From the NCBI GenBank assembly GCA_000091205.1, contig AP006495.2: a stretch of DNA of 64,000 nt; one strand, written 5' to 3'. Positions 1-10,879 of the stretch are shown here, piece after piece (within the stretch, counting starts at the first letter, position 1; each line of letters begins with the position of its first letter). Position numbers and translations under genes: made by a program. This stretch comes from Cyanidioschyzon merolae (Eukaryota). The notes beneath the pieces were generated by a model. It ran no database searches, was not told the DNA's origin, and worked only from the letters and a program-made list of their open reading frames with translations.

Positions 1-449
1 TACCACCGACGCGCTCGGTTAGCATGGCAAAACGACGTCTGGAGACCATGCCATGTGGCGGAGGCTCACCGTTGGCACACGCGCTGACTGTCGCGGCTCG
101 CGTAGGCGTTAACGCGATGAAAAGTGGAGATATCGGACGTTGTGTGCTAGTGCTCGTTTCCGACGGTCGGGCAAACATTCCCTTGAAAGTTTCTTTGGGC
201 GAAAAGCTTGAACAGAAACCCACAAAAGAGGAACTGAAGAATGAAGTACTGGACTTGGCGAAGAAGATACGCGGTATTAACGGTTTCAGCATTCTGGTCA
301 TTGATAGCGAGAACAAATTTGTGAGCACGGGTCTCGCAAAGGAACTGGCACAAGCAGCGGGAGGCACCTATCACTACATCCCACGAGCAACAGATGCTGC
401 TGTCGCTGGTGTCGCCGCAGACGCAATCAAACAGATGCGGCAGCTGTAG
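1..449 (+). CDS. chlD: Mg-protoporphyrin IX chelatase subunit D (ChlD), C-terminal vWA domain; 3' partial, gene starts upstream of window
   Basis: The frame is open from base 1 and the ATG at 24 is internal. The translation (GGGSPLAHAL...VLVLVSDGRANIPL...ILVIDSENKFVSTGLAKELAQAAGGTYHYIPRATD) matches the conserved ChlD C-terminal MIDAS/vWA region (GGGTPL, TDGRAN, IDTENKFVSTGFAKE, YYLP). Confidence 0.7.
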   Translation, partial: PPTRSVSMAKRRLETMPCGGGSPLAHALTVAARVGVNAMKSGDIGRCVLVLVSDGRANIPLKVSLGEKLEQKPTKEELKNEVLDLAKKIRGINGFSILVIDSENKFVSTGLAKELAQAAGGTYHYIPRATDAAVAGVAADAIKQMRQL

Positions 450-2318
450 CGCTTGTCAATCGTCTAACGAGCGGAACGCCTAGGAAGAGCTAAATGTGCA
501 GTGCACACAGGAATCCACCTTCAGAAATCGGGTGCTTTGCACCGGCTACAGTACTGTAAGCAATGTTCCTGTACATGCGATCATTAACGCCTGAGTCGAA
601 TCCCTATAAACCGCGTCAAAAACAAAGACTTGGCAAGATACGCTCGTCCAGAATTGATCCGCATCGCCGGTTGGGAAGCATTTGTTTCGGAATGCTAGGC
701 ATAGCCCAGTTTCTTTGAAGCACTGCACTTTAGGGCGGAGCGCTATCGAGAGAATAGATACATTTCGAGAGAAAGGTTCAAGAGTTTCTCGTTACCGGCT
801 TGGGAAGCTACAGGTAAGTGCGTGGTGAGTAAGAGCTGAATCATGCGTCAAAGATCCATCTGGTTGTTTGCTTTCATGAACAGATGCTCCAGTCAGCGCT
901 CTGTTTCTTCATAGAACCGTGAAACCCCTGAGCAAACGAGACCAGCACAAATAAGTGTTCGATGCAAGGAGGGCAGCTTGATGCATCTTGATCGTCCTGA
1001 TAGCGCCTTTTGACTAAACCATTTGTGCTGAAGCCATCCCGGCGCGCCAGATGAATTGTGCTCGAGTTCATTATCATTCTTCCTGGATCAGAGAGTTGTG
1101 GGTGGAAACCACCCCTGTAGGCTGCGGCTCAGCGGTGTAGTGGTAACTCGAGACCCTAGCGAGCTTACAGCTGTTGTTTATCAACCAAAGTTTCGCTAAG
1201 GGGGTGCATCACTGGGGCTATCAAGTAGCTAACTGGAGAAAGGCGAAGATCGGGTAAGTTATTTCCGCAAAAAAATTCTACACCCGTGTCGTAGTGAAAC
1301 GGAGCACCGAGTTGCTCGTAATGTTCGAGCAATTCGAGATTGTACGAACTTTTATAAACGCTCGAATTCGACATTCGAAATGCAGCAATTAGGGCTTACG
1401 GATTCAAACCTCTTTTAGGAATGTTCTCTCATCTTTAGAGAGCAACTACCACAATCCTTTAACGCTGGTATTCGTTACGTAGATGTCTTCGAGATGATTC
1501 GCGACGCCCTCTAACAATGGTACGTAAACTAACCGATACCATTGCTTAAATCGTAAGTACATGCCTCCACTCTTCACCTTTCCTTACATGTACGATGTTG
1601 TTATCTCGCATACTTCAGTTTTCCGATCTTTCTATTCCAAGCCAACTTGTTGGCTCAACGGTACGTCTATCTGGATTCAATGCGAAATCTATCAACGTTG
1701 TCGTTTGACAGCATTTTCACATGCTCAAGCCAAAAGTTTACTGAACGTACATATGAAGCAATATTTTCTATTCGAGAGATGAATCATCCTCTCTGTCCAG
1801 CCATTGACGAAATACCGCTCGAATGCAGCAGCATGATACCTCTTACGGGTATAACTCCAAGGGCTCCCATCTCTTCAGATTGCTTGGAAGCGTTTCGGAC
1901 CTTGACTTCACTCATTGCATAGATTCGTTTCCAGTGAAGAGTGCATCATCGCTTTGCAGTCCGGGAGCTTCGATGACCTGGTGTATCTCAAAAAATGTCC
2001 TCCATTCGGGTTTGCAATTCGGTACTCGTTTCACCATGCGCAACAATGTGTTACGCAAAATCTCCCATCGAATTTTTTTCAGATAACAAAACGATTACAT
2101 TGACCATGGATCCCAGAATTCGGAATGGATAATGGCTTTCGGGAAAGCGTCCATCATAAAGCACCCACAGTTAAGTTCCATTACTCATAATTCTTCTATG
2201 ATATACTGGTCGTTTCGAATGTTATATAGTGCACGAGTGCCTGTTTTGAGCACACGCCATAACGCTTATGCCACTGAAGCAGATGCTACACGTAGACAGA
2301 ACGGCTTTGGCATACCAG

Positions 2319-2587
2319 TGAGGGCGTCGGCTTGAGGCGTGGTTCATCGGACACGGAGTCGGAGTACTTAATCATCCTGGGAGCCTGCGATAGCGCGAAG
2401 CGATATACTAGGCGTCCACTGCGACCAGGGCGACGCCCAGGCGCAGAATCCTTCTCCTAGTCCCAGAATGAATTGCGGTGCGGACGAGTTGCACAGGTCT
2501 CGCCACAGCACCTGCCACTGGAGGAAACATGAAGCACTAGCCCGGCAGACTCGTCCGGCTAGCGGACCTTCCGCCTAGAAGGTAAAC
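2319..2587 (+). repeat. dispersed repeat family 2 / candidate structured ncRNA, copy A (about 270 nt)
   Basis: About 75-80% identical to 17460..17758. Both ends are conserved (gagggcgtcggcttgaggcgtggttca at 5', agcccggcagactcgtccgg...ccgcctagaaggtaaac at 3') and the middle varies, with indels. Confidence 0.5.
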
Positions 2588-3670
2588 TTTTGAAGATACG
2601 TAAACTTCCCGCTTTTGAATGATTACTATCAAGGTCGAAAGAAACTGTTATCGAGTTGCTAGCTAGTGGTTAGTTTCTGTTCTTTCATCCTCCAGCGAAT
2701 GGAACAGCATGCGGTTTCGTGCACAGCGGACGATGCTCACGTCGTGGGGATTGATCAGCAGAGGACCCATAGTCGTAGTTCAAGATACTGGGAGGGAAAA
2801 CGGAGAAGGACTTCAAGGGTAGCATTATATACTTGTCAAAGACGTGTACCATGCGAAGAAGAAAGTGTTTGCGCGAATAGTGCGGCGCTCTGATGGGGAA
2901 GTGCGGTGCGAGTTGGAGAACACCTAACCATAAAAAAGTCTCACCACCGGGAGGGGCACGGCGAGGCTGTATGCAAAGAGAACGAAGATAGAGCGTGAGA
3001 GTTAAGTAAGGACACCCGCTTGTGCTTGAAATGCGGGGAACGCAACGAGAAGCAGCGAAACCAGGACGTTGATGCGACCATGTTCAACCTTTGACTGCTG
3101 AAACGGAGCTGAGGGGACAGAATAGAACTCCATGTTTTAAAGCCGGAGAACGGGGGCAGTAGAATAGGAAGCGTTTGCTAAGAAAGCCAGCAAAGTATGA
3201 GGTTGGATTACTTCGGAAAGAGGCCCCGATACATGTACGCAGCCCGTGCTACGTTCGCGTACCCGTTCCATGTTATTCCCACGCAGGTATAGATAGCGGT
3301 GTCCAAGAGGAGTCCAGCATAGCTACACTATTTGAATATTCTGATGTTGTAGCGTGCATGGTGTACAATTTACAGGACTGTTTCATCAATGGATTTCAGT
3401 CAGTCGCATACAGCTTCAGATACGCAGTTTCTGGCCGCGGATGAACAGCCGCTCGGAAGCGCTTCACAAATGAAAGCGCAGAAGTCTCAAAGGAACAGGA
3501 TAATCTTTCAACAGCCGTAACTTCCACGCGAGGGGCCGTCTTTTCACATTGGATTAGTCCTTGAATGAGGAGGGGCTTCGGAAGCGCAACCTGCTTCCGC
3601 CTTGTGCAGTGACACATGCACACACGAAGACTACACCGATTGCATCGGCCGAAAGGGAGATCTTTCCCTA

Positions 3671-6328
3671 CTACGAGAGGTCGAATCCGAAATTTTGGGT
3701 AATAGCATACTTCAGCTTCTCCCGCATGGCCTCTCGAGTCGAATATGGGGGGAGTTTGAGCAGATTCATGCACGTGGAGGCCGTGGGATACCGTGATGCG
3801 TCGTCACCAGCTTTTTGAATGCAAAACGGGGGGTTCAGATACTGAAACCCGAGCAGGGGTGCTCTTGGCGAGCTTGTCACGAATTGGAGAAGGGCTGCTC
3901 GCTCTGAGTCCGATAGATCTTCTTGCACAACTTGCCAAAACAGTTCAACCGTTCCCGAGTTCTCGGAGTATCCACCTGAGTATGTTACGTTGCTGCGCAA
4001 GTTGTCAATGTCAATCTTGCCAGAGCAATCGCCTGAGATCAACTCACGAAGCTCCCATTCATTGAACATCTGAATCCATTCTCTCTCGATGACATCGAAG
4101 AAACCGCTCATAAAGGCTGTCGTCTGTGCTTTGATCTGCCGATTCAGCCTATAGTCAGCTACGCGATGCATGTACTCCAGCCGATTGTCCCAAGTCACTG
4201 GAATGGAACTCCCTCCAGGAATCAGCTCCTTCTCAACTGCTTCCCCGAATTCATTGTCGACAACAGTAAATGTCAGACAAAGGTCTCCAAACGAGTTAGG
4301 ATCAGCATGCCGAAGAAATTTCAGATTTCGATGCAGCTCCGGATCCAGAGAACGCAAATCGTTAAGATCATTACTTATACCCAACAGTTTGCGTAAGAAG
4401 AATGATGCTATCGGGAGATCTACCAAGATCGCATCGTAGAGCGCCTTGCCCAGAATACGCCCAAGAAAAGAAAACTGTTCCAAATGATTCGACGGTGCGA
4501 TGACACTCGAGGCCGGATTAGGGAAAAGCTCCCCACCATCTGTTGCCTTAAATAGACCATAATGGGTCGGCGAGAATGCGAATCGAATCAGTTGATGCAT
4601 GAACTCTTTGAAGACACCACCTCCATCAACACCGGCCTCCTCAAGGCCGTACTCGTCCACGAATTTAACTCGAATATTCTCACGAAGTCTGGATCCCAGA
4701 GAGTTCAGTTGCGCAAAAGCATCCTCGACGATAAAGTTACGCCGTATAGTGATCCAAATCCCATTCATACCGAAGAAAGACTGACCTCCGCCGGCTCGCG
4801 CCTTTTCCTGTGCTATGCATCCGTGGAAGATGCGCACGCGCGTCTCAAAAGAGATGGAGAAGGGAGCCATTCGCAGCAGCGGCATACCGCTATTTTTCCG
4901 AACAGATTCACGCACGAACAGCTCCGGTGCCTTGCGTGCAGCCTGAACTTCCCAGAGCGACTCACGTTGTACTGTAAAGGGTCGCCTTGCATCCCTTGCC
5001 CATAGCGCTAGCAACAAGCGACTAGACGCCTGTAGAACGTCAGCCGCGGCCAAGTCCCATTTGTTCCGGCCAGTCGGGCGGGCACCTGTGCTTGTTGTGT
5101 AGAGTCTCCAAAACAGCTGTTCTTTCAACTCATTGATTATCTCCAGAACAAAGGACAGATTGGTCGCAGAGTAAAAGTCATCGTCGTCCATCACTAAGGT
5201 TGATACGCGGAAGGACTCACAGAAGAGTCGAAGCAAGGCCCCCGATGAAGAAATCATGAGCGAATGCCACATTTGACGGAGGTAGTCTCGGGAATGAGAG
5301 AATGCAAGGACAGCGCATACGCGGTGGTTCATAGCATCGTGCTTCTCCAATAGTTCCGCAAAACGCCTCCAGTTTTCCGGATCCCATTCGAGTGCGTGCA
5401 TCAAACTTTTGAGGAAAACGTCGCTCTGAGTTAGTTTTGAAGCGAGCTCGTCCAACGGACCGACCCGATCGACGACAAAGCTCAGCAAGAAAACGTGGTG
5501 TTTCGAGGATGGAAGCGACAGAGTGAGATCGCATATTCTGCGTATTGCACTCTTGCTAAGCGTAACTCCATGTTCTGCAATCAGTTTCGCTAAGCTTTCG
5601 CTGAACAAGTGCGCAGTGGCTGGCATGTCTATGTCATCACTAGTCATCACCAGTGTCGGTGCATCTATGAGGAACCTCCCGAACTCAGCGGATGGTCCAC
5701 ATATACGGCATATTTCCTTTGCAGATTCGCCAGTTGTGCGGCCTCGCATAAGCGCAAGGATGGTATTAGCGAACCGCTGCACGGCTGTAGCACAGCGTCG
5801 AGCATTTTCAAGAAGGAAGGCTTCATCGCCGAGCGCAGCAGCCGATATGAAAATATGGCCTTTTAAAGCTATCGAAACATAAGTACTGCGCACGAGTTCG
5901 CCGATAAGGCCTCGGTGTTCGTACCAGTGTAGCCGTGCCTTGTCATGCTGAGCTTTCGAAAGCTGGACAAGGAAACAGAGCGCACGCACAAATCGTACCG
6001 CCGCGTGCGTGTCGTATGGCAGCGGCCCCTCACTCTGAGCAAGATTCGCGACGCGTTCCACCAACTCCGCTTCTATTATTTTAGAAAGCCGTCTGCACTC
6101 GAAGTACTGCCGTGCCAGTGATTGGATGGCCACAGCTGACCTCTCTTGAGCGCGCTGGGCAGCCCGACGTTCACGCTCCAGACGGGCCTTTAAAAGAATG
6201 CTCTCTCTCGAGGGAGCAACGTTAGATGCGCCACGGAGCGAGATAGCGCTTCTTCCCCCTGTGTCAAACAGCTTCGAAGCAGTGGCTCTCCTCGACGAGA
6301 ACTCACTCTGCATCATACAACACAGCAA
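3671..6328 (-). CDS. HECT-domain E3 ubiquitin ligase, UBE3B/UBE3C (Hul5)-like with N-terminal IQ motif
   Basis: 885-aa uninterrupted ORF. The C-terminal HECT domain ends ...RYPTASTCMNLLKLPPYSTREAMREKLKYAITQNFGFDLS, with the catalytic Cys in TCMNLL. An IQ-like motif AVAIQSLARQYFECRRLSKI lies near the N-terminus. Confidence 0.85.
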   Translation of the reverse strand: MLCCMMQSEFSSRRATASKLFDTGGRSAISLRGASNVAPSRESILLKARLERERRAAQRAQERSAVAIQSLARQYFECRRLSKIIEAELVERVANLAQSEGPLPYDTHAAVRFVRALCFLVQLSKAQHDKARLHWYEHRGLIGELVRSTYVSIALKGHIFISAAALGDEAFLLENARRCATAVQRFANTILALMRGRTTGESAKEICRICGPSAEFGRFLIDAPTLVMTSDDIDMPATAHLFSESLAKLIAEHGVTLSKSAIRRICDLTLSLPSSKHHVFLLSFVVDRVGPLDELASKLTQSDVFLKSLMHALEWDPENWRRFAELLEKHDAMNHRVCAVLAFSHSRDYLRQMWHSLMISSSGALLRLFCESFRVSTLVMDDDDFYSATNLSFVLEIINELKEQLFWRLYTTSTGARPTGRNKWDLAAADVLQASSRLLLALWARDARRPFTVQRESLWEVQAARKAPELFVRESVRKNSGMPLLRMAPFSISFETRVRIFHGCIAQEKARAGGGQSFFGMNGIWITIRRNFIVEDAFAQLNSLGSRLRENIRVKFVDEYGLEEAGVDGGGVFKEFMHQLIRFAFSPTHYGLFKATDGGELFPNPASSVIAPSNHLEQFSFLGRILGKALYDAILVDLPIASFFLRKLLGISNDLNDLRSLDPELHRNLKFLRHADPNSFGDLCLTFTVVDNEFGEAVEKELIPGGSSIPVTWDNRLEYMHRVADYRLNRQIKAQTTAFMSGFFDVIEREWIQMFNEWELRELISGDCSGKIDIDNLRSNVTYSGGYSENSGTVELFWQVVQEDLSDSERAALLQFVTSSPRAPLLGFQYLNPPFCIQKAGDDASRYPTASTCMNLLKLPPYSTREAMREKLKYAITQNFGFDLS

Positions 6329-7129
6329 ACAAAGCGTGTACGTTTACGAAAACGGTCGTTGAAATACAGAACGCAGGCAGAAAGATTGATGTCATTCGGC
6401 CGCAACGCCAGAGTTTTCCGGATCTATCTCGACACCGTAAAACTTGCAGACCTCACCGTAGGCTCCCCGAGAGCTGCATACTCGTCAGAGACAGCTCCGA
6501 GGACATGTAGACATAAGCCTGGTGTATAAGTCCACCTGCCGTAGCGCTTATTTTAAGTGATTTGAGAGCTTCACTCTCGTTTGGCAAGGCTTCGTTGACA
6601 AGTTAGCATAAACCTTTTGCTGACCACGACGTTTCAGAGCGAAAGCCCGGGCGGCTACAGGGTTGCAGCCTCTTTAGTGAATGCTTCGCTGACTTTTTGT
6701 CATAAAGCTCTTGATTTGAGCTGCTTTTCTGAGGACGCGGTTGAAGTAGGCAGCGGTTAAGCAGCAGCAGCAGCCCAGATGGGCCTTTACATCTAACTTA
6801 TGCTTCGAGCACGCTTTTTGAGTGCGTTATTCTAGCCACCAGCGGCGTTCTTCCGCAAAGTTTCCGCAAAACGAAGAAAATTTAGAGCTGCTGTTACTCG
6901 ACCAAGTGTTACCTCTCTTTTAAGCTACGATATTTGCGGCTTTCAGTGCACAGTGCACACTACATCAGTCTCAGACTGAAATGAAACACTGAACTGAACG
7001 CTCTGATCCTGCGTATCGATTTTCAGAACTTTGTTTAGGTGTCCAAACTCCATTTTCGAATTGCGGCAGTAAGTGCTTTTGTATTCACATGTAGTTTCAC
7101 AGTTCTCTGTCCTATTTTCGACTTTACTC

Positions 7130-7270
7130 GGTCGAGTCCTTGCTGTCGAAATTTGTTAGGTCACTGGTATCAAGAAGAGTCGCGACGCCCTCGAACACCT
7201 GGTTCGTAACGCGATCAGTATAGGTATTCAATTCTCACATATAGGCCTCGACTGTTCTTCTTTCCTTCTA
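7130..7270 (-). repeat. dispersed repeat family 1, partial inverted copy
   Basis: atcaagaagagtcgcgacgccctcgaacacctggttcgtaacgc...gtataggtattc is the reverse complement of the family-1 core gtgctcgagggcgtcgcgaaccatcgtcttgat. Related inverted fragments occur at about 1440..1560 and 47030..47110. Confidence 0.45.
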
Positions 7271-9790
7271 GCATACGTAAAAGTCTTAATCGTAATTTTT
7301 TTTCGATCCTTCTTCTCCATGTCGACTCGTGAGCTCGGCAACTCTCGCTGCTTGATTTAAAAGTAAAAGTACTTTAGACCGTCGGATTAAGATTGTTCAC
7401 AAACTCGTGCCTTACGCTCACAGAACTCGGCTTGCCAGTTGATCATTTCCATTCGAAAGGAAATCTTCCGCATTCTGTGGCCATCAGTCATACGCTATTC
7501 CACAGTACCACAATAACTCGTAAACGATGTGCTCCCAGAGGCTCCCTTTTCCCCTGTTTGCAAGGAAACGGGCAATGTCTTCGGGCTTTCACCATCGTAG
7601 AGATCGCTTCCAGTAGAGTGCGTCTCCGCATTTTCACGACGCGTGCGTACATCGACGGAAATTGCTCGACTTGTTCTGAAGCTTGGTTTTCCTTCCGGTG
7701 CATGTTGCATCATTGACTGCACCGCGTTCTACAGATTCTTTGTCGAATGGAACAGAACGCACAGGTGTGTGCAGCGGGCAGAGTAGGCGCCGAAGAGATC
7801 GCCCAGAACATGCCCCACGGCCGATAGGTCCGACATTACGGCCAAATATATTGGAGTGCATTGAGTGGAGCCTTCCGAGCCCGTCACAGTCATGTTCCGA
7901 GAGATGGTGCGATCTTTCAGACGCCATATGAGGGCGCCCGGAAGGGACTGCTTGATTGGTATATTCGAACAGCTAACCACAGTCAAGCATCACAGCAGCG
8001 AAAGGCGCACCGAGATCGTATGCGAAGGAGATGGAAACAGCACGCGAGGCGTCGAACGCGACTTCCGCATGCTCATGAAATGGGCAGAAAACACCATGAA
8101 GCGCTGGACTCTGGTATTCAACTCCGCCACTAGCATCCCTGAACTGCTACCGTGGAAGCTGAAGTGACTGGAGAAACCGTATCATTTGAAGCATGAGCAA
8201 AAATAGAGGAAAAGGAAGCACTCAAAGTTAATGTCTGCAAAGTGGGCGTCGATGACGGTGGGAAGACACCCAAACTTAAGACGCACGCCCATGTTAGGGG
8301 AACGCTGCCATTCAATCCGGAAACCGGTGTAAATGATATATTCGCCGTCAATTGAAGAAGACATATCATGAATGGCGCAAAACACTCTTTAGACAGTTTT
8401 CCGGATCTTGGCGCGCAATCCGCGTTTGTGACACAGAACAATAAATCGAAATTGCGAGATTAAATTGTTCAGATAATGGCAGTGAAATTCGGATGCCTAA
8501 TTTTAATTTTGAGATAGTTGCGCTCATTATCGAATACATTTTATGTTATTCACTGAATGAAGCGCATCTTCTTGACATCAAAGTGCAATTTATGCAGCGT
8601 TTTCAAGATGACCTTGCGGCGAAGTGTGCAACAAAGGGCACAGGGCTTTTAAATCATTCAGTAGAGATTTCCTTCTACGTTCGGTTTTAAAAGCGTCGTA
8701 GTCGGTTCAGTGTAGAAATCTTCAGCTGCGCTGCATATTATCGAACAAGTCCTTTCTAAGCTTCATTACATCTTCAGATAGCATCAGAGCGATCTTTCTT
8801 ACTTACAACATCTGCGCCTCGGAACTTTTCCCGGTTGGTGACGAAACAAACAAGTGAGTTTCCGAGTTTGCCTGATATTCACTTCGGCGGGAGACGGCTC
8901 TTCATTTACTTTTGGCTGTATAGGCAGATATCGCTGTCTTGGAAGTATCCTTTCCAAGATCGTGCACCGAACACTTCGACAGCTGAAGTTCGATTCAAGA
9001 ATATCTTTGAAAGGGGTGAAACATGTATTTCCCTAGCGCACTGATCGTATTTTGCCGGACTTCCATGCCCACGCTTATACGATCCCCTTGTCAAGAGAGC
9101 GTTGATCCTGTGAAGTGGTCCGAAGAGATAGCACTTGCCGTTTTACCCACAGGCGAATTTGCTAGGAAATTTCACATCTTCGGTCCACAGAAAATATCAA
9201 ACTCGCCTAAGGCTGCTTTCACCTTTCGGGACCACCTCGCTCTATCCGAGAGATATTGCACTCAGGAGATATTGGTCGCCATAAAACGTTGCTTCGAGTA
9301 CTGAAAGTCCCGTCATCCACGCTTTTCTAATCTTTGATTGAACGACATTTTTTTCTTTCTGTCTCTTATCGAAACGCAGAAAAACTGCTGTTTACAATGG
9401 TCACCTATGCAGGTTGGAGCTTTTTGGGAGCTTCTCTCTGTCTCAATACTGAGCCCTCCACGAAAGCTCTGCGTTTCAAACGGTCCTGGAGCTGTGCGGT
9501 GCCGTGCGCGAATCGTAGGCTCAAGCCGACGCCCTCTGTGGAACGGCAACGCGGTTCTGTCTCCGTTCAGCGACCGCACCGGCGCTACGGCGCAATTGCG
9601 GTCGCTCTCGGCAGGTTCGGCACACGATAGGACGTATCAAACGACCAGAATATCCGAGAAGAAGTATAGGAAATGTAAATTGGAGGTAGGGGTTTGATGG
9701 ATACTTCACCGCGCACTGAAAAAACACACAAAAAAAGTAAGCAAAGAAAAAGCGCACAGTCGGAGAATTCTTGCCTACCTAAACATTTTG

Positions 9791-10879
9791 TCACTTTAAA
9801 AATCTGCGCGAATCGCACGGCACCTTCGCACGGTCTAAAATTGGATGTATCGACTTTCGCCAGAGTGCAGGGAATAGCAACAAAATGATCATTGTTGGAT
9901 AGCCTGCAGGGAGTTGTGGACTTTCTACTGTTGAAACGAGTAAATGATACGGCCTATCGGCATGTCGATGATGGTCCGCATGACGCTGCAATTTGAACAA
10001 GATATAATTTGTTAGGCGATGTGAGGAATTCCAACTGTGACAGTTGGAAACAGGCTCATAAATCTTCTCACCATTCGGAAGGACGTTAATGACAGCTCTC
10101 TCGAGCCCGTAATGCTCAATGTAGTTGACCATTTCAAGAAGGGTTATAGCCGTGAAACAATGGAGCAAGAAAAGGCAACATGCTCGGAGGCCGTAGAGGA
10201 AAAATATTGTCAGAAACCAAAGAACAGAGCAAGCGAAATATCTAAGTATCCGATTCTCAACGCAGAAAGTTTGAAAGCCTCGCTTCGCTAATCTCTCTCT
10301 TTCTATTTTCCAAGCGCTGCGAAAGGATCCGACGACTGTACGGGGGAAGAACGCATAGAATGATTCGCCATAGCGGGCCGTTGCGGGATCCTCTGGCGTT
10401 GCAACTCGCCTGTGGTGTCCGTAAAGATGCTCAATATAAAAATGTCCATAACACACAGAAACCAAGATTGCCTTCCCAAGCGCTACTTCAGCAGCGTTTC
10501 GTTTGTGAAAAAGTTCGTGGCTCACATTCACCCCTTGCGCAGCCAAAAGGCCCGCAGTTAGACCAAGGCCAATAAAAGATGAAACGCTCAGATCCACTCC
10601 TTCGCTTGCTAGCCTTGCTGCCCAGAAGAGAAAGGACCATTGCACGGCCGGCCATACGTACAGCACAACCCTGTACGCCAACTTATGGCGTCCACTATGT
10701 AGTTCGGCATCACACGGGTTCTCTTCGTCGAGGCCAAGAACAGCATCTAAAGCCGGTATGAGCACAAAAGCGAGGAATATCGACGCGAACGCTGTTGACC
10801 ACTTCTTGAAAATGAAACTCGTAAAAGAAACAAGGGGCACAATGTAAGCAACACTATACACTAAGGCTGTTGCTGTCAT
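9791..10879 (-). CDS. AlkB-family integral-membrane alkane 1-monooxygenase homolog (fatty acid desaturase/hydroxylase superfamily)
   Basis: 362-aa ORF that is hydrophobic with several predicted TM segments. It carries all four AlkB signatures in order: HELFHK (His box 1), EHLYGHH (His box 2), NYIEHYGL (HYG motif) and LQRHADHH (His box 3). Confidence 0.8.
   Translation of the reverse strand: MTATALVYSVAYIVPLVSFTSFIFKKWSTAFASIFLAFVLIPALDAVLGLDEENPCDAELHSGRHKLAYRVVLYVWPAVQWSFLFWAARLASEGVDLSVSSFIGLGLTAGLLAAQGVNVSHELFHKRNAAEVALGKAILVSVCYGHFYIEHLYGHHRRVATPEDPATARYGESFYAFFPRTVVGSFRSAWKIERERLAKRGFQTFCVENRILRYFACSVLWFLTIFFLYGLRACCLFLLHCFTAITLLEMVNYIEHYGLERAVINVLPNGEKIYEPVSNCHSWNSSHRLTNYILFKLQRHADHHRHADRPYHLLVSTVESPQLPAGYPTMIILLLFPALWRKSIHPILDRAKVPCDSRRFLK

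Noticed and set aside
1081-1180. tRNA-like D-arm string ggctcagcggtgtagtggtaactc
   Set aside because: There is no matching acceptor stem, anticodon arm or GTTCGA T-loop downstream, so it cannot be folded into a cloverleaf by eye.
3793-5882. Multiple 60-150 aa ORFs on the plus strand inside the HECT gene
   Set aside because: All lie antisense within a confidently assigned 885-aa HECT ORF. They are shadow ORFs.
6762-6776. Short (CAG)n microsatellite gcagcagcagcagc
   Set aside because: Only about 5 units. It is a trivial simple repeat of no evident significance.
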